Translations under genes and position numbers: made by a program
NCBI GenBank assembly: GCA_002269645.1
Contig: NIVC01001912.1
Coordinates: forward strand, 1 to 64,000
Length of the DNA stretch: 64,000 nt
Direction: 5' to 3'
Origin: Macrostomum lignano
Taxonomy: Eukaryota
Shown here: positions 10,826-18,302 of the stretch, one piece after another
Layout: every line of letters starts with the position of its first letter
How positions within the stretch are numbered: the stretch's first letter is position 1
The notes under the pieces: generated by a model
Told to the model about the DNA's origin: nothing
The model's input: only the letters and a program-made list of their open reading frames with translations
Database searches by the model: none

Positions 10826-12298
10826 TTACAATGGTGCGTCCCGAACAACCGTGCCATCAGCTTTAGCAATTGACAAATATTCCTCTAGAAACAATACGTG
10901 GGCGTCGATTGCCTGATTACCGGTTTTATTAATCTCTAACATATAATTAAGTCCAATATTGGCTATGTTTTCTTTCTGTGCCGTTAGATCATAAACAACC
11001 ACTGGATGGATGTTTAGAAACTCTGTGGGTGTGTACTGAGGAACGGCATATGCTTCATTTTTGGCATAATCGTGATAATATTTTATAAAATCATTAACAT
11101 CATTATTTGCAATATTTAGATTAAGAGGATCTTTAACCGGATAGTATTGGTCATCAACCTGCAGGCGGATATTCTGAACATTAAACTCGTTAATTGCAGC
11201 AACTGCGTTGTCTGTTGCGGTAGCTGCTTGTGCTGCTATGTCACCCGATTGAAGCCAATATAAATCCCCATTTGCTCTTTTACTCCTTCTGTTTGTTATC
11301 CTAAACCAAACAAAAATATATCTCACCCGACGTTTTGATGTCAGTATTTGCCACTGGAATGAATCCTGGTTATTATTAATGGTTCGCATAAAATGTCGAC
11401 GATTCAAATAAAATATTTCCTGATCATGCGTTAACTGATTATCGATGTGTTTTAAAAGTGGGGCTGTTACCTCAATAGTTGGTACGACTAATTGAATTGA
11501 ATCTATACGAACTGCTATATCGGTTGAAATTGAGGTTCCATAAAGTATCCTAGGCTGATATCCACCAGATATTTGCAACTGTATCCCAAATTTTAATCCT
11601 TTCCATACCCGATTTGGTGAGAAAAACCCAAATAGTGGAAAGATTGAAAAGTCCTGCTCATATGCTGTTGCTGTGGTTAAAACCGCGACTGGGAATTTAT
11701 TCTGACGATCTATAAAACCGGTGTTAATAGCTTTTGTATTAGTCATAGTGGTTACAACTGGAACTATATTGGTATTAAGGTAAACAATTAGAGCTGCAGT
11801 ATCTGCACCAGCTGCGTTTTGTACATTAGGGAAAACTACTGCTTGACCATTACCTTTATCCGGCATCCACCCAACATTATCACCAACTTGTTTTGATAAA
11901 TAAGTATAATTTAAATGTTTCAAAACTCCATTAATCTCTGCGGGATTTGATGCTGTCTCAACCTCGGCTCCATTAACTGATAGTTGGGCTTGGGAAAAAC
12001 ATTTATAAAACCAATCATTTTCTATTATTATTCCGGATCGATCTGCGATATCTCCGGCTGCAAGAGCAGTTCCATCATTTCTAGTATATAACCATCTAAC
12101 ACGGAAAAATGCATTTTTCATATCCAATATAGTGTTGGTTGCGCCGATGTCAAAAGTTACCGTTCCAGTAGTAAAGTTATTTGAATTATCACTTGTTGGT
12201 AGGGTATAATTTAAATCTCTTGCTCTGACCTCATTAATATACTGTCGGTGCTTTTTGAAATGAAATTTATCACTCCACATAGTTTTTGTTTCAGCCAT
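10826..12298 (-). CDS. Major capsid protein (double jelly-roll)
   Basis: Intact 490-aa ORF with Maverick MCP-like N-terminal motifs (FDIGATNTILDMKNAFF; FSQAQLSVNGAEVE) and C-terminal VVVYDLT; lies next to the ATPase and penton. Confidence 0.8.
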   Translation of the reverse strand: MAETKTMWSDKFHFKKHRQYINEVRARDLNYTLPTSDNSNNFTTGTVTFDIGATNTILDMKNAFFRVRWLYTRNDGTALAAGDIADRSGIIIENDWFYKCFSQAQLSVNGAEVETASNPAEINGVLKHLNYTYLSKQVGDNVGWMPDKGNGQAVVFPNVQNAAGADTAALIVYLNTNIVPVVTTMTNTKAINTGFIDRQNKFPVAVLTTATAYEQDFSIFPLFGFFSPNRVWKGLKFGIQLQISGGYQPRILYGTSISTDIAVRIDSIQLVVPTIEVTAPLLKHIDNQLTHDQEIFYLNRRHFMRTINNNQDSFQWQILTSKRRVRYIFVWFRITNRRSKRANGDLYWLQSGDIAAQAATATDNAVAAINEFNVQNIRLQVDDQYYPVKDPLNLNIANNDVNDFIKYYHDYAKNEAYAVPQYTPTEFLNIHPVVVYDLTAQKENIANIGLNYMLEINKTGNQAIDAHVLFLEEYLSIAKADGTVVRDAPL

Positions 12299-12332
12299 TT
12301 TTTTAAGTTAAAAAAGTTTTTTATGTTAAAAA

Positions 12333-12998
12333 ATGAGTCAATTTATGGACGTTGATGGAGAGTTAGCGATTTATAAAGAGAAGCAAAGATATTCTGATTT
12401 TGTTAGAAATTTACAAAAAAGAAAGTTAGGAATACAATTAGCTGGCGAAAGATTTGCTGCTCCTTTTGTTAATCCTATTACTGGGAAAATTAGTGAACTA
12501 GAAAAAACAGATAAAGACCTTCTGGAAAAAATTGCTACGAATACTGAGCCAAAAGAGGATGAAATTTTGGATGAGCCGCCTGCTTATGATGTTGATCAAG
12601 CTCAATTGAGAGTTGCAGAGTTTAGGGCTGCAGATAGGGATGGAGTTGAACAATTTCCAAGAGTACCAGCTAGTATTGCTGTGACAGATTTAGGTAATAA
12701 TAATTATCGAATTGGTAGAGTTGATAAAAATCGGATTGAACTATATAGAGAATTGGGTGGAGCATATAATATTATTATGAACCCTAGGGTAAAATTTAAC
12801 CCTGAATTATATACTAGGGATGAATTAGTAAGTGCAAAAATTTTTTATGATGAGTTAGGAGGAGCTGTTAAAAATACAAGTTTGTATAAAAGAATTATTA
12901 TTTCTATAAATAACAAACCAGCTGTTGGAGAAGGATTTAAAACACCGCGAAAACTTGTTTTAGCTGCTGCGAAAGCTGCTGGACATACTGGTGTTTAA
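12333..12998 (+). CDS. Polinton conserved hypothetical protein
   Basis: 221-aa ORF with aaaaaATG start; C-terminal LVLAAAKAAGHTGV resembles the 'L..A...AGNT' tail seen in Maverick proteins. Confidence 0.6.
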   Translation: MSQFMDVDGELAIYKEKQRYSDFVRNLQKRKLGIQLAGERFAAPFVNPITGKISELEKTDKDLLEKIATNTEPKEDEILDEPPAYDVDQAQLRVAEFRAADRDGVEQFPRVPASIAVTDLGNNNYRIGRVDKNRIELYRELGGAYNIIMNPRVKFNPELYTRDELVSAKIFYDELGGAVKNTSLYKRIIISINNKPAVGEGFKTPRKLVLAAAKAAGHTGV

Positions 12999-13025
12999 TT
13001 AATTGTTAAATTTATTTTTTATAAA

Positions 13026-13655
13026 ATGGAAACTAAAAAGATTTGTAGTCGATGTAAAGAAGAGAAACCAATGACTAAAGATTTTTTTAGATGGAGAAAT
13101 GATTCAAAAAAATTTAGAAATGATTGTCGATCTTGTGAGAAAGTTATATCAAAACTGTGGAATAAAAACAATAAAGAATATATAAAAAATAAATATCACA
13201 CTGATGAAAATTACAAACTTATTATCACCTCACGAAATAGAATAAATCAACTATTAAAATCAAATAATGCTCGAAAAAATAATCATACTATTGATTACCT
13301 TGGTTGCTCAATTGAATTCTTTATTGATTGGTTAAATTTCACAAAACATTATTATGTTCCAAAAGACTATGGTGGTGCTTTACATATTGATCATTTTATT
13401 CCTGCTTCTTCATTTAATTACAAAGACGAAGATCATATGAAAAAGTCTGAACATTGGACAAATAAAAGATACTTAGCTGCTATTGATAATAAAACTAAAT
13501 TTGTTAAACAACCAACAATTGAAGAATTTGCAAAACAATTGGTGCTATCATGTATTTTTAAGGCTATAAAAAATGAGCAATCATGCGACGCATGCGAACC
13601 GAAGGTTCGATCGGACGAAGTCCGCGTTCCTTCGGAACGATCAATTAGTATTTGA
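13026..13655 (+). CDS. Free-standing HNH endonuclease with N-terminal CxxC...CxxC zinc ribbon
   Basis: KICSRC...DCRSC; YLGCSIEFF; LHIDHFIPASSF...HWTN..L...DN.TK, the pattern of large-DNA-virus/phage HNH nucleases. Confidence 0.85.
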   Translation: METKKICSRCKEEKPMTKDFFRWRNDSKKFRNDCRSCEKVISKLWNKNNKEYIKNKYHTDENYKLIITSRNRINQLLKSNNARKNNHTIDYLGCSIEFFIDWLNFTKHYYVPKDYGGALHIDHFIPASSFNYKDEDHMKKSEHWTNKRYLAAIDNKTKFVKQPTIEEFAKQLVLSCIFKAIKNEQSCDACEPKVRSDEVRVPSERSISI

Positions 13656-15213
13656 AGGAGGATTGTTAGATGTTCAAAAAGGATTAACAAGCTTACCGAG
13701 CGTTTTTACTACTGGGAGGTATACAAATGAATTACACATGCCGTCTTACAACTTCGCAGGTTAACCCGTGGCCTGAGTGAGGAAGGCAATGTCCTTGCTA
13801 GTCACTATTTGTGGCGACATCTTCAAATTGCGTGAAACCCGTCATACAGCTTCAAGTACCACTTCAATTGAGAAATCTTTTGAAGGAACAGAGGTAACTC
13901 CTCTTCCCAATGGTAAAAAGCTTGAAGACATGGTGGCAATGCGCAGCCAAGCTCCTAAGTATTTTAAATATAAGGAGAAGGTTCAGAGAGCAGACGGAGA
14001 TGGGCGGTAATTATCGCCGCTTAAGGTGTGCTCCAGCCTCATTCGAAAGATTGAGGGTAAACTGCCGGGGACTCGCTTAGATTTGAGATTAAATCCTGAC
14101 AATACTCCAAAATCTGATTCAATTCCAATAAATGGTATTGACTGGTTAGCATATTATCATGACTTAGCATACAGAGATGCTGACAAGAACCCGCCCGAGG
14201 AAGCATTAAGATTAAAACATGAAGCCGATCAAAAAATGATTCAAGGATTAGATAACTTGCAGGGATTATCGGTAGGGCAAAGATTAACTAGGTGGATGGT
14301 TAAAAAGATCTTGCAGTCTAAAGTTAAATTTGGTTTGGGAATTAATTACAACCAACATGGAAATAATTGTGTCGAGTGTTTATTATTAAGTGGTGGTGGG
14401 TTAAGTTCTGATGAGGCAAAGATTCTTCATAAAGAATATCGAAAACCGAAATTTTATAGAAAAATCATGAACTTCAAAAAGAATGAAATTTGGTATGCTG
14501 ATTTAATGTCGATGCCGAACGAAAGAGGATATAAATATATCTTAACCATATTAGATGGTTTTACTCGATACGCGTGGGCTGTTCCTTTAAAATCCAAAAA
14601 GGGAGAGGAGGTTGCTGCTGCTTTTAGAAGTCTTGGAGAAAAAAGTGAACGGTTGTGTGTTGATGAGGGAAAAGAATTTTACAATCCTCATATGTATAAA
14701 TTATATCATTTTGAAAAAGGACAAGAAAGGAAAAAAGACGCGAATGGGGAGTATATTAATAAAATTTATTCTATTTATGGAGAAAGTAAAAACGCATTAA
14801 TAGAAAGATTTAATCGAACTTTAGGTAAGAAATTATGGTTTCAGTTTAGTCTTAATGGAAACCAAAAGTGGGTAAAAATATTACCAGACGTTGTAAAAGA
14901 TTATAACAATTCATATCATTCGGCGATAAAGATGACTCCTCAACAAGCTTATAACAAACCTGAAAATGTTAAGGTTACTTTTGGAGAATTTGAAAAAAAG
15001 AAAACTAAAGGTTTTAAAGTTGGTGATTCTGTTTATATCTATAAATGGAAAGATAAGTTTGAAAAGGGAAGAAAAGGATATTGGAAAATAAGTGAGAAAT
15101 TTACTATCAGTAAAGTTTTAAATACCAATCCCACAACCTATATAATTGCTGATAAGGATGGTGAAGAAATATTGGGTTCTTTTTATGAGAACCAGATAAT
15201 GTCTGCGAACTAA
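13573..15213 (+). CDS. PLA2 (parvovirus VP1u-like)-integrase fusion, join(13573..13761,14065..15213), 445 aa after splicing
   Basis: Spliced junction gives ELHMPSYNFAG|PGTRL (Ca-binding loop), followed by YYHDLAY and EAD; rve integrase D-D-E (WYADL, CVDEGKEFYN, IERFNRTL) and SH3-like C-terminus (FKVGDSV...GSFY). Both exons are in the same frame. Confidence 0.92.
13762..14064 (+). ncRNA. Group I self-splicing intron, subgroup IC1-like, 303 nt, no internal ORF
   Basis: 5' exon ends in U and the intron ends in G. P1 CAGGU/GCCUG. P AAAUUGCGUGAAA (13825), Q AAUGCGCAGC (13938), R GUUCAGAGAGCA (13981), S AAGGUGUGCUCC (14023). P7 GAGCA/UGCUC, P3 CAUCUUC/GGAGAUG, P5abc with A-rich bulge and L5b GAAA, CCUAAG...UAAGG receptor in P6, P8, P9 with GAAA loop, P9.0 AG/CU. 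Confidence 0.95.
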
Positions 15214-15223
15214 GTTCAAACAG

Positions 15224-15421
15224 TTACTTAAGACAACATGGTAGTAAATTTTTTATTACAAACAAAAACAATATTATTACTATTATTGTTACTAATATTA
15301 TTATTGACATTTGTTCAACTGTTATCAAACTTAAATTTTCATTAAGTTCATTAATTGGAACATTTCCGATGTAGGAGTAATCGTGCAAAGCACGCGAACC
15401 ATGGGTTCGATTTACCTTCAT
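15224..15421 (-). CDS. Small single-pass membrane protein (probable start MKVN at 15421)
   Basis: aaaaaaATG context; C-terminal hydrophobic run IIILVTIIVIILFLFVI; in-frame 30-nt hairpin unit at 15380-15409. Confidence 0.55.
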   Translation of the reverse strand: MKVNRTHGSRALHDYSYIGNVPINELNENLSLITVEQMSIIILVTIIVIILFLFVIKNLLPCCLK

Positions 15422-15494
15422 TTTTTTATATATATTTTTCACAATAAATGTCGTTTCTGTTATAGAATAATAGTTCATTTTTTAAATATTTTTT

Positions 15495-15809
15495 TCACAT
15501 AAAAATTTCACTTTCATTCTCTGAATCACTGGTTTCATATGAACTATTTGTTGATTCGGAATCTGTTGATCTAACCTCCCAATCATCCGAATTTAAATAA
15601 TCTCCAAGTTGAAATATTAACTCACCCTCTTGTTCTAAATCATACATCTCATCTAGCTCTAATGGATAAAGTTTTAGGTCATGCTTGTCGTCATATTTTA
15701 AATAAACTTCATCAATTATTCCATTCAAAATATGTTGTTTTATTATCTCTGCATTTTTAGCAACAGTCTCAAAAGTATCACTAACAGAAAAGGTGTAAAC
15801 TCGGGTCAT
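15495..15809 (-). CDS. Acidic Polinton hypothetical protein
   Basis: 104-aa ORF with aaaaATG start and a D/E/S-rich C-terminus. Confidence 0.5.
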   Translation of the reverse strand: MTRVYTFSVSDTFETVAKNAEIIKQHILNGIIDEVYLKYDDKHDLKLYPLELDEMYDLEQEGELIFQLGDYLNSDDWEVRSTDSESTNSSYETSDSENESEIFM

Positions 15810-15913
15810 TTTTAGTAACAGAAAAAGACCCTTCGCGCCTGCGGCGCGGCAGCGGGTTATAGAGATTTGGAAGTGTTAGAAGTGTTGGGGGTGTTGGAAG
15901 AATTGGGGAGTGT

Positions 15914-16177
15914 AGTAGTAGGTAAAACGACGAGTACAGATCAGCCCTTTTTTAATGGCCGTTTATAAGGTTCCAGAGGGGGGACACGAGGGGAGTGTTG
16001 GGAATTAAAAAGAAGTGTTGGGATTGATTTTTATTGTTAGGGGGTTTTTAGATGTCTTTTTGTGTTAATTGTGATTAGATGTGTTTTTTTATTTACCCCC
16101 CGTGTCCCCCCTCTAGACCCTTAAAACGGTCATTAAAAAAGTGCTCTGGGTCTGTACTCGTCTTTTTACCTACTACT
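15914..16177. repeat. Polinton right terminus with internal inverted copy of the terminal ~80 bp
   Basis: 15914-15995 (AGTAGTAGGTAAAACGACGAGTACAGA...GGGGGGACACG) is the imperfect reverse complement of 16096-16177. Confidence 0.85.
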
Positions 16178-16399
16178 GGGGATTCCGATAGAGATGGGGA
16201 TTTGTGTTGATTGGGGATTTCAACAGATATGAGGATTTGTGTTGATTGGGGATTCCGATAGAGATGGGGATTTGTGTTGATTGGGGATTCCGATAGAGAT
16301 GAGGATTTGTGTTGATTAGGGATTCCGATAGAGATGGGGATTTGTGTTGATTAGGGATTCCGATAGAGATGGGGATTTGTGTTGATTGGGGATTCCGAT
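16178..16399. repeat. 35-bp intronic minisatellite (Polinton insertion site)
   Basis: Unit ggggattccgatagagatggggatttgtgttgatt, ~6 copies. Confidence 0.9.
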
Positions 16400-16487
16400 C
16401 AAAATGGGACTTATATTATAATGAAAAATTCTAAGAGACCGAGATTCTGAGGAGGAACTAAAACTGCAAGACGAAGAAACATCTCAC

Positions 16488-18302
16488 CGTAGTCTGGTGG
16501 ACAGCCTCGTAGGTGAGGGTGCCCGAGCGGGACACGATGCCGATCTTGCCGGGCTTGTGAATATGCCCGGGCATGATGCCAATCTTGCACTGGCCGGGAG
16601 CGATCACGCCCGGACAGTTGGGCCCAACTAGGCGACTTTTGGTCTGCTGGCTGAGCCGGCGGCGCACGCGGACCATGTCGTGCTGCGGGATGCCCTCGGT
16701 GATGCACACAATCAGCGGCACCTCGGCGTCCAGAGCTTCGTGTATAGCGGCCGCCGCGAACGGGGCGGGCACGTAGATAACTGTGGCATCGCACTGGGTA
16801 GCTTTGCGCGCCTCCGACACGGTGTTGAACACGGGCAAGTTCAAGTGCGTCTGGCCGCCTTTGCCAGGCGACACGCCGCCAACCATCCTGGTGCCGTACT
16901 CGATTGCCTGGGTGCTGTGGAAGGTGCCCTGCGGGGATTCGGGATGTCAGGCTTGATGCGGTTGGGGGCATGAGTGAGTGATTGCATTGAGTTGGGATCT
17001 GGATAGAATCCAGTTGGGATCTGGATAGAATGCAGTTGGGATCTGGATAGAATGCAGTTGGGATCTGGATAGAATCTGGTTGGGATCTGAATAGAATCCT
17101 GCTGGGATCTGGATAGAATCCAGTTGGGATCTGAATATAATCCAGTTGGGATCTGGATAGAATCTGGTTGGGATCTGGATAGAATCTGGTTGGGATCTGG
17201 ATAGAATCCAGTTGGGATCTGGATAGAATCTAGTTGGGATCTGGATAGAATCCAGTTGGGATCTGGATAGAATCTGGTTGGGATCTGGATAGAATCTGGT
17301 TGGGATCTGGATAAAATCCAGTAAGGGATCTGGATAGAATCTGGTTGGGATCTGGATAGAATCTGGTTGGGATCTGGATAGAATCCAGTTGGGATCTGGA
17401 TAGAATCCAGTTAGGATTTGGATAGAATCCAGTTAGGATCTGGATAGAATCCAGTTAGGATCTGGATAGAATCCAGTTGGGATCTGGATAGAATCCAGTT
17501 GGGATCTGGATAGAATCCAGTTGGGATCTGGATAGAATCCAGTTAGGATCTGGATAGAATCCAGTTAGGATCTGGAGAGAATCCAGTTGGGATCTGGATA
17601 GAATCCAGTTGGGATCTGGATAGAATCCAGTTGGGATCTGGATAGAATCTGGTTGGGATCTGGATAGAATCTGGTTGGGATCTGGATAAAATCCAGTAAG
17701 GGATCTGGATAGAATCTGGTTGGGATCTGGATAGAATCTGGTTGGGATCTGGATAGAATCCAGTTGGGATCTGGATAGAATCCAGTTAGGATTTGGATAG
17801 AATCCAGTTAGGATCTGGATAGAATCCAGTTAGGATCTGGATAGAATCCAGTTGGGATCTGGATAGAATCCAGTTGGGATCTGGATAGAATCCAGTTGGG
17901 ATCTGGATAGAATCCAGTTAGGATCTGGATAGAATCCAGTTAGGATCTGGAGAGAATCCAGTTAGGATCTGGATAGAATCCAGTTGGGATCTGGATAGAA
18001 TCCAGTTAGGATCTGGATAGAATCCAGTTGGGATCTGGATAGCTATATGGGATCCAGATGAAACAATATAACCTATTGGGATAGAGACAAGGGCCTAATC
18101 TTAAAAATACAGGCAGTATCTAAGAGTGAAGGCGAAATCCCATAAGCCTCACCTGCTTGCCAGTGAAGCCCTGGCAGATGACTCGCGTATCCTTGTTAAT
18201 AGCCAGGTTGGACCGAGTGGTCGCATAGTCAGACAGGAGCCGACTAGTTGCTAGGCGAGTCTGCCTAATGGCCAAAAGTATTCGGGAAGAGGCAAACGAC
18301 AT
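16488..18302 (-). CDS. SUCLG1: Succinyl-CoA ligase alpha subunit, exons 1-2 (18153..18302, 16488..16928); remaining exons lie beyond the Polinton
   Basis: MSFASSR...[14 protein letters not shown]|[25 protein letters not shown]...LVGPNCPG...[15 protein letters not shown]; canonical GT-AG phase-0 junctions. Confidence 0.96.
16990..18042. repeat. 22-bp minisatellite in SUCLG1 intron 1 (~48 copies)
   Basis: Unit gttgggatctggatagaatcca; contains an internal CTGGAT-aga-ATCCAG inverted repeat. Confidence 0.95.

Larger units (their letters stand above)
1..16177. mobile_element. Maverick/Polinton (adintovirus-like endogenous virus), right-hand part; left end lies before the window
   Basis: Co-located pPolB, adenain, penton, A32-like ATPase, double-jelly-roll MCP and retroviral-type integrase. 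AT-rich. Ends in the Polinton-type terminus ...TTTTACCTACTACT at 16177, followed abruptly by a host minisatellite. Confidence 0.96.

Noticed and set aside
13777-14064. 77-aa ORF 13777-14010 and the MCSSLIRKIEGKL start of ORF 14026
   Set aside because: These are translations of the group I intron RNA; no homing-endonuclease or maturase motifs.
14065-15213. PLA2-integrase fusion as a novelty in itself
   Set aside because: PLA2-like domains and this gene arrangement are, to my knowledge, already seen in invertebrate Mavericks/adintoviruses; the intron is the novel part.
16411-16973. Long alternative-frame and antisense ORFs over SUCLG1 exon 2 (likewise over the GPCR, NHL and Penelope regions)
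   Set aside because: Shadow ORFs of GC-rich coding exons.
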